A stretch of DNA of 64,000 nucleotides. It comes from Geosiphon pyriformis uo1 (lineage: Eukaryota > Fungi > Glomeromycota). Both the position numbers and the translations under genes were made by a program. Where the stretch lies: positions 186,001 to 250,000 of the forward strand of contig JAAOMT010000071.1 of the NCBI GenBank assembly GCA_016748015.1, read 5' to 3'. Positions 12,215 to 23,782 of this stretch are shown here, piece after piece. The number at the start of each line of letters is the position of its first letter. Position 1 is the first letter of the stretch. The notes beneath the pieces were generated by a model. It worked only from the letters and a program-made list of their open reading frames with translations, was not told the DNA's origin and did no database searches.

Positions 12215-14014
12215 ATGAAAAAGACTGCTAAAGTTTCTGGTTCTGAGAGTGGTTTTAAGGCAGTTGCATCAAAGAAAAAGAGGAAGGAAGGTGTGTTGGC
12301 AGAGGATGTTGATAACGAGAGGGTTGCTGCTGAAGTTCCTGGTATTTGTTCATGGGGTTTGGAGACTGGTAACACTACGGAATCTGAGAGTATTAACATG
12401 GAGGAAGAATGCTTGGTGAAAGAAACCAGTGTGGACTATGGTGATGATGGTCCTTTCGCAGAAGGGGATCCTGATCAAACATTTAGAGGTTTGTGTGTGA
12501 AGACCAAAAAGGTATTAGGGAAGCCATTGGGTGTGATTGATTATGATGCTGTCGATGCGGATGGTGATGTGTTGGATGAATCTCTTCTTCTCCCGCCTCC
12601 TTTTCTAGTCAAGCCATCCGTTTAGGTGCCTGTTCGCAAGTCTTTTACTTTGGATATTGATCTGGTGGCGGTGGTGGGTAAATCCTCTCAGGAAAAAGTC
12701 AATTTTGTCAGAAAAATCTTTTCAGGTGTAAATGGTTTTGGGGGGGCCTCTACCCTCTTAAAATTTGGTGGAATCATTCGGGCTACTTTCACTTCTGAAG
12801 AGGCGATAATAACTGTAGCTAATCTGGCTAATGACCGTGGTGTTGTGGTAAACACCAATCTCAAGCGCCCTGTTAACAATCATACAAATCAGGCAATAGT
12901 GCTAAAGGAAATTCCTGTGGGAACATCTTTGGAGACTGTACGTACGGCTGTAGCCGAATTTGGCATCATTAAGTCGATCAAAATGCAGCTGGTGGGTTTA
13001 TAGCAAAAGGCGATCATCGAATTGGAAGATCAAGACCAGGCTGATTTTTTGGCCTTTAAGTGGTCTATCCTCATTGGGAAGGATGCAATTCAGGTGGCCA
13101 GGGCTGATATTGACAAGCAGTTGTGGAATGCCAGAGATAATTTTAGGGCTTTGCTATATACTCTTTCCATGGGAACCACTGCTCATGATTTGTGGGATTT
13201 TATTGGTTCTATTGGTGGAAAAACCTGCTTCATCGATCGCAATTCCATCAGTTATTCTCGCGCTTGCTGTGCCACTGTGTGTTTTAGCTCGGAGGTGGAT
13301 TTAGTTAATGCAATGGCAATGACTCCAGTTATAAAGAGCTTTGGTTTCTGTTGGTCCCGTCTTTCTTTAGCTTCATGTGCAGTTTGTAAGAAATTTGGTC
13401 ATACTTCTCTTGGTTGCAGAACAGTCAAGGGTGCTGGGATTGCAGGAGGCAGAAAGACTCCCCTTTCAGTACAGGACCAATCCAGATTGGCGAAAATTTA
13501 TGCAAGGAGATCTGCGCTTATCTCTCGTCCTTTGGCTTTTGGTGGTAAAACTTGGGCATTGGTGGTTAGTGCTCCCTCTGCTCCCTCTCTCTCTGGTGGT
13601 AAGGCAAGTTTTGGTTCCGTCATCGATGGTAAACCCTCCCCTCCTGTTGCAAAAGATCTGGAAAAAAAACTGGTCAGTATCGAGGATGGTCTTGTTAGTC
13701 TCACAAAACAAATTGATGGGTTGGCCAAGAGGTTAGATTTGCTTGTACTGGCGGTTCCCCAGCCTGGTCACGGATGCCGGCTGCCAGTGGTTGCCCCGCC
13801 ACAGAATTCGGAAAGTGATGTGACATTGGATATGGACTTGAGTATGGCTGATGGCCATAAGTCTGCCACGATTGTGGACTCATCCATGTCCCCCCATGTT
13901 GTCAAGTTGGAAAATATGTTGGAGAGTCTCTCCAAATCTGTGTTGATCTTGTCCGCTCACACCACCAGCCAAAGCCAGACTATCGAAACGAAAATCCAAT
14001 CCCCCTTCCAATGA
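12215..14014 (+). pseudogene. LINE ORF1 (nucleic-acid-binding, CCHC knuckle, C-terminal heptad-rich region); two TAG stops
   Basis: In-frame ORFs 12215-12625, 12626-13003 and 13022-14014; CAVCKKFGHTSLGC knuckle; homologous to the other two ORF1s. Confidence 0.85.
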
Positions 14015-17000
14015 GTGAATTTGTATAGAAAGTTGCTACATGCAATGTTAGAGGAATGAACAACCCTGCGAAGCAGAGTGATGTTGTTCGTTGGCATAAG
14101 GACATGGACAATTCAATTTCGATTTTTACTGAGACTAAGTTAAAAGGTAAGGTTCGGCCATGGATCATTAACAAGTTTGATGGGGTTTGGATGTTTACTA
14201 CTGGTTTGGATTCTGGGTATCTGGATGCTGGTATGGCGGTGGTTATGAACTCTTCTTTGGCGAGACATGTGTGCAAGGTGTCTGAAGTCCCAGGCCGGTT
14301 GTTGTCTATCAAGTTACTTTTCAAGAACAGGCTCTCTGTGTCAATTTTGGGACTGTACGCTGGTGCTTTTTTGGCGGTCCAGTTCTCTCAGGCAGGCGAA
14401 ATCAACTCTATCATCACAAAGGCTGTTAACGAGTCCTCCTTTGTTATCCTTGGTGGCGATTTTAATGAAGACGGCTCTCATAAGTGTGCGAGTTTCAAGA
14501 AGTGCCTTGATTTGGGATTGATTAACTCTTTGGTCGGGTGCCCAGCTGTGAAAATGCCCACTTGGGAGAATTCTAGGGGTGTTAAAAGAACGATTGATTA
14601 CGTGTTTGTCTCTTCAAATCTGGTCAATGCAATGATACATTGTAATGTTTCAGGTGTCAGTGAGCACTTTGACACAGATCATTAAGCTGTTTCAGTGTTT
14701 TTGGGTCTGGGTGGGCTTCTGGATACGCAATTGAGCTCTTTTCGCAAGCAAGCAAACAGAGACAGATGGAAGTTTAATGTCAAGGGTGCTGATGAGAGTA
14801 AATGGGTCGATTTTAAGTGTGCCACAATGGCTAATGCAACAATGTTCTCAGATGAGTTTGCTGTTTCTGTGAGGTTTTTGGATTTGGATGCAATATGGGA
14901 TGTTGTTCGCAGAGTAATAATTCTTTTAGCTAATGAAGTGTTCAAGAAAAAGTGGTTCAAGGAATTTGATGGTGTCTTTACCAAAGAGTCATCAAGGTTC
15001 CACAAGTTGGAGCTTCTGGTTTTAAAAATTATTAAGGCACTTCGTGTGAGGTGTGCTGTGGATTTTGCTTCTCTCATGAGGTGTTGGGCTTCTCTAGACA
15101 GTGTCAAGGCTTTGGTCGTTCAGGATCTGGTGGACTCTGGTGTGGAATCTGGTCGTGTTTGTTCTGCTCTTTGTGGTGCCAGGAAATCTTATCAAAAGTC
15201 TAAGCTTATTGAATCTCAGAGTGCTAAAGAAGCTTGCATCAAATCTGCGGTAGACAAGAGGATGGAAAGCTTTGAGGTAAATAAAGATCATACAATAAGA
15301 AGTGTGTTGGAGCGCCCGTTTCGTAAGATTGTGCTGGATCATTTGGTGGTTGATGACAAATTGATTTTGGAACCTGAGCAGGTCAAATCCAAGGTAAATG
15401 CGATCATAGAAGATTGGACTAGGAAGCGTCGGGTGGTCGATAATGTCTCGGATGATTGGCGCCTCCAATATCAGCCACTGGAGTATGTTTTTGACGAAGC
15501 TTTTTCTGGTGTCATGTGTTTGATTGGGTATGATGAGTTCCTTGGGGTGATTTCTGATCTTCTGGAGGGTAAAGTGGCTGGTTTGTCAGGTATTTCAAAT
15601 GAGCTTTGGAAACATTGTGATAGGTCAGTTTTGGATATGTTGTTGGTGCTTTTGAACTCTTGTTTGTCTAATGAGTCAGTGCCTGGCCCTTGGAAGGAAG
15701 CATGGGTCTCGATGATTCCGAAACTTTATGAGTGGGAAGGTGTTTTAACGAACACACATCCTATTGCCTTGATCGAAACAGCTTGCAAAGTTCTTTCCAA
15801 GATACTTTCGAACAGGATTTCTTTGGCATGCAGTACTTTTGATGTGCTTCGAGGGGCTAATTTCTCAGTTTTGAAGGGTACGACAACCCAGTCCCCTATT
15901 TTTGCAATTGGTTCAGTGGTCGAAGATGCTTTGGAAAAAAACAGGGAGCTGTGGCTGGTTCTACAAGACATGCGGAAGGTGTATGACTCAGTTGGCTGGG
16001 AGCATCTCGAGAAAAGTTTGGTCAGGATTAAGATGTGTAGCAAATTTATTCGGTTTTTTGGTGGTATTCATAGGGATCGTATCAATCGAGTCATGACTGA
16101 CTTTGGACTGACAAGCGGTTACCATGTGCACGATGGTTTGGACCAGAGAGAGGTCTTCTTTCCTCTTCTCTGGCACATATTTTATGATCCTCTTTTGTGC
16201 GAAGTCAAAAAACAGGAGAGTGTATGTGGATATAGGTTGAACTCTCACTTTGTTTTCAAGAATGGTCGTTCTGAATCCCAGGCTGGGTTTTCTTCTTTTT
16301 TTGCTGCTGGTGCTTTTGTTGATGATACAATTTGGGTTGGTAGCAGTCAGACGGCTACTCAACATATTCTTAATGTTGCTAGTGAATTTTTTTTTATCAA
16401 TGACATTTCTATTAACAATGACAAAACGGTAGCCATTCCTATTAATAGCAGAATCAGCAGTCCCTCTCTTTCTATCAGTGGTTTGCCCATTTCTATTGCC
16501 AAAAAGAGAGAATCTTACCAATATCTGGGCATTTTTCTGTTGACTGAGGGTCTTTCGAAGCCTAGCTTGGCTAAGGCGCATTCGGATATTTGCTTTTTCA
16601 CCAATCTGGTGTTGAGGAAGGCGGTCTCAGATAAGCAGTTTTTGTATTTGGTGTCGGTGGTTCTGCATCCGATAGTCAGCTATAGAACTCAGTTCAGTTT
16701 CATTCCTGTTAGTGTGTGCGGGAAGTGGGATGCTCTGATTCGTAAAAGTTTGAAGCTCAAGTCTGGTTTGTCACTCGATTTCCCCAATGATGTGGTTTAC
16801 CACCCTTTGTTTTATGGTTTGAAATCATTTTCTCAAGTTCAATCTGAAAGCAAGATTGCTTCCCTTGTCGGCTTTGCGAACTCTGGTGGTATTTTGGGTT
16901 GTTTGTTTTCCCACAGGTCTCATGACTTGCAAGTTCTGTGTTGGCGCCCTGTTCATCCGTTGTGTTCTCCTGTTCATATTTGTGTCAGTGCTTCTAATAA

Positions 17001-18698
17001 CTTTCTGGCAGGCATGGTTCATGTTCTTGTCGATTGCAATGTGTCTCTGGGTGGCTCTTTGGTTAGTTCTTTTCGGTCTCATGGTGGAGTGTCTATGTCT
17101 GAGTTTCTGGGCAAGTCAAGGTTTCTCAAGTTTCTCCTTTCCCTTCGGCAGTATGGTATTGTCTTTGTGAATCACTTTGTGACCATCATGGTGCTGTCTA
17201 TGATTGGTACACTTTCAAGTGGTGGAAGAAATTGGACCCCCGTGGCCCAGTTCCTGAGTGGTTCAAGCATTCTGTTTTGTTTCTCAATAGTGTGAGATCT
17301 TCTCGCAATCAGTCTATAGTTTTGGGGAATGGTAGTCCTTCGAACATTCTTGAGTCTGGTGAATTTGTGTCTATTCGTGATCATCTCTTGGTGACCGGTG
17401 CTAGCAGCCTGTCAGTGTATACGGATGGATCTCTTAGTGGTCTTGGCACGGTTGGCTGTAGAGCTGGTGCTGCTGTTTTTTTTGAGGACATTGGTTTGGG
17501 TTTGGGTGTAAGAGTATCGGGTTTGATGTCATCTACTTTGGCAGAATTGCAGGCTGTTGCTTTGGCTCTGGAGTGTGTTCCTCCGTCAAGCTCTGTTTGT
17601 TTGTTCTCAGATAGTCAATCGGCGTTGGATGCTTGCAGGTCGGAGTTAGATCTGATGTGTCCCGATTTTCATAATCAGTGTTGGGTCGAACGTCATCATA
17701 TTGTCAACGTAATTTGCAGTAAGATGTTAAGGGTTAGCTTTCGCAAGGTGAAAGGTCATTCTGGTGTTTCAGGAAACAAACGTGCTGATGCGATCGCTGG
17801 TGCTGCTTCTCTCTCCAATTGGTATCTTCCCCCTCGCTTGAGTGAGCACTTCTTGGCAGCTGATGGTGATGTTGTTTCTGGAAATTTGAGGCATTTTGTT
17901 TGTGATATTTATCGTTCTATTTGTCGTGCGCGATGGGAGGTTGGTTCTGGTTCTGGGATTTTGGTTGGCAGCTTGTCTTCTGAGGTTGATTGGCCCTGTT
18001 CATTGTTGGTGTGGCATCCTGATTTGCACATGGCTGCTGGATTCACCAGCAGGTATTCGTCTAGTGTGCGTACTTATTTTATGAAGTCTTTGCACTGTTG
18101 GCTGCCGGTTGCTGTTCGGAAGCGTCTCTATGACAAACGTTATCCTAGCGTGTTGTGCTTGTATTGTGGTGAGGTGGAGGTGTCGGATCATGTGTTCTTT
18201 TGCAAGATTGACAAGTCTGTTCGGCACCAGTTGTTGAATTCTCATGTGGGGTCCTAGAAGGCGCTTTCTGGCTCCTTTCACTCCTCCTCGGGTATGTTGC
18301 AGCTGTTGTCAGCCAGTGTTTCTGATTTCTCTGTGTCTATGGCTCTTTTCAAGGGCTTTGTTTTCAATGGATAGTTTAGCGAGGCTGTTTCCGTCTTTCA
18401 CGACCCCAAAATTGCTGTTTTGGAGATTGTCAAGTTTGTGCGCTCTCTTGGTCTTGCTTTCAGAAAGGATGTCTGGTCGATTTGTGCTAAGCATCGTGCG
18501 TATATGAAGAAGAATGGGCTGATCCCACCAGATGGTTCAGCCGTCGTTTCGGTTCATGGTTTGGCTTCGAGGTTCTCTGCAGGAGTGGTTAGGTTACTTG
18601 GCATTACTAGTGCTTTAGGTGTTCATTTTGGTTTTCGCAAGGCTTGCTTGTTCTTTTCAGGTATAGGTGAATCAGTGTCAGTTCATATAGCTGCGTAG
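14011..18698 (+). pseudogene. LINE ORF2: AP endonuclease (~14011-14690), RT (~15560-16530), RNase H (~17410-17810), C-terminal CCHC
   Basis: APE motifs ATCNVRG, ETK, GGDFN, IDYVF, TDH; RT motifs QDMRKVYDSV, GLDQ, AFVDD; RNase H motifs YTDGS, AELQA, SDSQ, KGHSG..GN..AD; CLYCGEVEVSDHVFFC. A few stops and one frameshift near 17175. Confidence 0.95.
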
Positions 18699-21401
18699 TG
18701 TTGTTCTGATCGGCCCAAGTGGCTGGTCACGTGTAGAAAAAGCATGATTCACGCCTAGTTTAGATCAATTCATTGATGTATAGTACTAGGTAGTGTTTGG
18801 ACCTCACTCGTTAAACAATAAAAAAAAAAAAAGAATATACAAAATTAGAAATAAAAAACTTGTTAATTTAAGAAATAACTTATTTTTAATTATATTATAA
18901 GTGAAATTTTACTAAATAAAACAATTTAAAATAAGTTTATAGTATTTAATTTAATATATATTATAATATATATTCAATAATTTAAAATTTTAAGATAAAA
19001 TACAAATTGTAAAGTTAAGTTTTTTAATTTTAAATTATATAATATTTATATTAAAAAATTTTTAGATAAATTATATTTGGTTTAAGTTTTTAATAAATAC
19101 ATTAAAAACATTATTTTTTATTTTATTTAAGGCAATTTATATTAAAACTGTTTTTAATTTATATATAGTTTTATTAATATAAAGTTTGTTTTTAAAAATA
19201 ATATTAAATTATTTTGTATAAAATTTGCTTTTTAAGTTTTTTTAAATATTATTATTTAAATTAAACTTGTTAATTTTATCTGTTTTTTTACTCTTAAAAT
19301 TGTTAAAATTTTAATAGTTTTTAAGTTTATGTTTTTTTGTTATTATTATTGCTTTGTAAAATATATTTAAAAGTATTTTAATTGTTAATATTAAAAATAC
19401 TTTTAATGTTTTTGGTAAAATTTCTTAAATTGTATTAAAATTTGTTGGTATTTAACAAAATATTATTGTTTTTTATAATATATTTAAGACTAAATTGGTT
19501 AATTTTTTTGGTTATATTGTTTTAAAATTAGCAAATTGATTTTTTAGATTTATGATTATATTTGTTTTATTTTTTGGTTTTTAATTTTTTTAATAACTAG
19601 ATATATAATTATTATATTTGGTTTTTAAACTAATTTGAATATTATAATTAACAAAATTAATAAATTAAAAAAGAGTTTTAGTTAATAAAAAACTTTTAAA
19701 AATTAATATTGTTTTAAGTATTAAAGTTTTATTAAAAAATATTTTTATTTTAAAATTTAAAATTTTTGTTTAAAATTTTTAAGTTTATTTTATTAATATT
19801 AAATTATATATTAAGACTGTTATTTTTTCGGTTTTTTATTTGTTATTAATATTGTTAATTCTGTTATTAGCTTTAAATTGGTTTTTTTTGAAGTTAAATT
19901 AATTTTGTTAATTAAATTTATTGTTAAATTTATGAATATCTTGGTTTTTTTGGTTATAAAATTGGTTGGTACTTTCTTTTTTTGAGTACTAAAATAAAGA
20001 AAAAAATTTTTACAATAAAAAAAAATGGTAATGTTTTTAAAAAAACTATTAGTAATTTAAGCAAAAAAATTATTAATCTTAAAATAAAATATAATTAATA
20101 ACAATATAATTAATAGTAATTTGGATTTTTTTATTAATAAAAATAATTTCATAAAAATAATAATATTTTAAAAGTTTTAAGCTTCTAATATTAAATTTGA
20201 TATAAATAAAACTATTATATAGTTAGTTAGTTTAAACTGGTTTAAATAACTAGTTATATATAAAAAATACATAAGTTATAACTATTTTAAAATTCTTGAA
20301 TTTATATTATAAGACTATATTAATAATAAACTTAATATAAAATCAAAAGACTGGTTTTTAATTTTAAAATTTTAATACATTTGTTAATATGCTTAAAAAA
20401 ATTGCAAAAAAAAAAAATACAATTTATATTTTTTAAATAATAATAATATAAAGAATAATATTAAATTTTTTGTAAACATATTTAATTGTTTAGTATATTA
20501 TAAAAGCTGCTTGACTTTAATGTTAAATCTAATAAAAAAACTCAAAAATCTGAATAAGTAAATTAAAAAAATATTAAATTAATATATAGATAAAATAAAT
20601 ACAAAAAGTCTATTTTAATTTAGTATAGTTTTGATATAAGATTGAATGGCTTGTTACATATAAAAAACATGTAAGCTGATTTTATTATGTAATACTTTCT
20701 GTTGCATATTAATGATAACATTTCAATAAATTAGAACAGTGTAATGCTAATTGTTAAATAGTCGCACTTCCAAATTATATAACTTTAACATTTGTAACAT
20801 CAGCTTTATTCAATATTTTTTATCAGTATTTTCTTTAACTCCCAAAAGGCAACCATTTTTTTATATGCTTAACGAAGTGTGGTCCAACCGCCATCTACAA
20901 AGATGAATTCAAAAATATGGCCCAATTACTGAAAGGATTTCAAGAATCTTGTTCAAAACCAGCATAAAATTTATAAACATATTTTATTATGACAGAAAAA
21001 AGAGAAATTTATTGCAATTCTGCTAAACTTCAAAAAGAAAGATTGAGTATCAGATTTCGCAAAAAGGATGGAGAAATAAATCCCGATGAGTGAAATGATG
21101 TGCTGCCTGTGTTCAAAGACACGATTAACAAATAGATGCAAAGTCTAGCGTTCAGCACTAAGAAAATTGATGACCAAACCAGTATAAATGCTAGATTTTG
21201 AACTGCATGTATATACTAACTTTAAAAAAAAGTACAAAAAGTCCAAGATAGTGAAACTATTGGCTCGTTGGACAACGAACGCATTACCCAAGATTTATTT
21301 AGCCTTTGCTTGTTGCTGGCTTGCTTTCTTGAATCGACTTTTATTAAAAGGAGAAAGCTCGGAATAAATTTCAGGCCAATAGACCAGAATTTCGTCATTT
21401 T

Positions 21402-23171
21402 ATGGCTCCACGAGAAAAAAGCTATGTGGAGGTTGGAGAACGACGGGGTCAAAAGCCCGTCAAAATCTATTATGAGATTCATGGGACGGGACCGAATAAG
21501 ATTTTATTCATCATGGGTAATTTTAAGCTCTAAGAAATTTTAAGAAAAACGAGTTTTTTTTGTTTCAATTTATTCGTTTTTTTAAAAAGGCTACACCACC
21601 AGTTGTGCCTCGTGGGATTATCAGGTAAAAATCAAAGGGCCAGTTTCCGCGATAGAAAATCAAGTCTTTGAATATCCTTGGAATAAAAATTCAAAAAAAA
21701 ATAATTCAAAAAAAAAAGGTGAAACATTTTGGGGCGCACAAAGACTTCCAAATATGCATATTCGATAATCGAGGCGTCGGATGGAGCGGTATTTTACAAG
21801 TTTCTTAAAGTCTATCATTACATAATCCTCCAGAACTTTAATTTTTTATCTTTTGAATTGTGAATAATTGAAAAGATTCACCGATTGGGTTGTATAGGTA
21901 TTGTTATGCATTATTTTGTCCATATCAAAAAAAAATCTATATTCTACTTTTTCAATGATTTTCATATCCTATATGCAAAATTCGGGAAAAAGTACAACTC
22001 AAATGAGCCAAGACACGATCGAACTACTTGATCAATTAGGATGGACTGAAAATATCCACGTGGTTGGGGTATCAATGGGCGGAATGATCGCGCAGGAAAT
22101 GGCGCATGCAAAGCCCAACTATTTTCGATCCCTGTGTCTTACCTCGACTGCGGCTGGTCGTAGTTTGCCCCCAGTAAGATCCGAAATCTTTGAAGCTGCA
22201 TTTTCATGATTAGGATATGAAACCTTTTGATTTGATCTTTCTATACTCTAGCTAATAGGTGTAACAACCTTGACAAAATTGTTGTTCATCAGAGATCAGT
22301 CTCAAAAAATTCCGATTGTCTCGGAATTATTGTTTCCTAAGGTAATAAATAATTGATGAAACCAATATCTTTGAATCACGTTATTGTTATACTTCCCATT
22401 TCTCAAGCCTAAACTTGACTTCTGTAACCCATTTCAAAATGTAGTTATGGCTAGACTCACCAACCGCAGCCAACTCATCACACTCTACAAACAGGGAGTT
22501 GATTGATGAGGTAATTTTATTGAAGAGAACTCATCTTTTCGATAAGAAATAAAGTGAAATTACTCATCTCACCAAACCTGAACTTTTCATCTATGTCAGC
22601 TTCTTCGCGAACGAATCACAAGGACGCGGTCTGCACCTTTATTTGGTAACTAGATTCAATTCACTGTACAGCACGGGTATAAGTTTAAAAAAGGGAGATA
22701 CTATATTATATAAGATACTGGAGGCAATGCTAATCAGATCAACGCCTCTTAAAATTTTGTCCACTTTGCAAGGTAACTTGGGTCAACTAGCTGCATGCAT
22801 CAAGCATAATGTATCACTTGATCGTCTTGCAAGTATCCGAAAATTCATTCCGCAAATTCTCGTTATTACTGGAACCCAAGATAACCTGGTCAGACCAACA
22901 AATAGTTTTTTTCTACGTGACCATCTGAACGCTGATTTTGAAATATTCGAAGGTAATTAAATTGCAATATGTGATGAGAATTGTAATTTGAATTTTCTGG
23001 TCTAATCCCTCTACCTCTTGGGTCAAACCTTTCTCTTGATTATTTATAACACAATCCCAAACATTAGGATGCGGCCATGCATTACCCAGCGAACAGGCGG
23101 AACGCTACAACAATACATTGGAGAACCATTTTCGAAAGGCCGGATTGATTGAGGCGAACCTTGAATCTTAA
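21402..23171 (+). CDS. Alpha/beta-hydrolase fold protein, 10 exons, ~302 aa; intact host gene
   Basis: Hand-spliced GT-AG exons 21402-21516, 21590-21624, 21719-21788, 21876-21897, 21993-22173, 22252-22341, 22445-22510, 22600-22645, 22773-22952 and 23068-23171 total 909 nt in one open frame. Motifs IYYEIHG, FDNRGVG, GVSMGG (nucleophile Ser), GTQD (acid) and GCGH (His). Confidence 0.92.
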
Positions 23172-23782
23172 TTTTGGCATTTGCTTTTAACTTTAACAAT
23201 TATTCTTTATTTTCTGGTTCAATAACTTAAACCTATTGATTTTTCACTTGGAAAAGCAGTTTATTACAGTTAATATTTTGATTAAAAGAAGAAAATGAAA
23301 AATATGAAGTAAAAAGAAAGAGTGAAATAAAAGCTTGAAGATTATGCATGGAAAATTATTTATTTTTCAACTTAAATGTGTTTAATCCAAAAATTTGTGT
23401 TAATATTTATAATATATATGTTTAATTTTATTTATTTACTTTTTTAAAAATAACATTACAAAGTCAGTTTTTTAAAATATTAATTTATTTTACAGTTTTT
23501 CAGTTATAGTAAAATTTTTTGTTTCCAATTGTAAAATTATTGATTATTGAAAACAATTAAACTTGTAATATAAGTAGCTATAATTTTTGGTTTGTTTTTA
23601 ATGTATTAAAAAAAGTATAAATTTTTTGTTAAATAGTTTATTAAAAAAAAACTTCTTTCTCTCCTTTGTCCCAAATTCCTGAAAAAGAGTCATATTTCGA
23701 AAGAAGTTTTTTCTGTTATTTTATACTGTCTTTCAACACTTTACAAGAACCTAATCCTTTTGTTGTTAATCTGACTGCTTCC

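Larger units (their letters stand above)
12061..18831 (+). mobile_element. Full-length non-LTR retrotransposon LINE-1st (ORF1 + ORF2 APE-RT-RNase H-CCHC), least decayed copy
   Basis: TSD AGAATATACAAA at 12049-12060 and 18832-18843, poly(A) tail, two-ORF structure. Confidence 0.95.

Noticed and set aside
15094-18494. Antisense and alternative-frame ORFs within the LINEs
   Set aside because: Shadows of the sense ORFs with no recognisable motifs or consistent conservation.
21222-21543. ORFs 21268-21543 (+) and 21222-21482 (-)
   Set aside because: Out of frame with, or antisense to, hydrolase exon 1.
23646-23712. Hammerhead or HDV ribozyme at the LINE 5' end (CTGAAAA...GAAA)
   Set aside because: No stem I can be formed, the core is not conserved in the other two copies, and there is no HDV P1/P3 pairing. 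Only the outer stem is supported.
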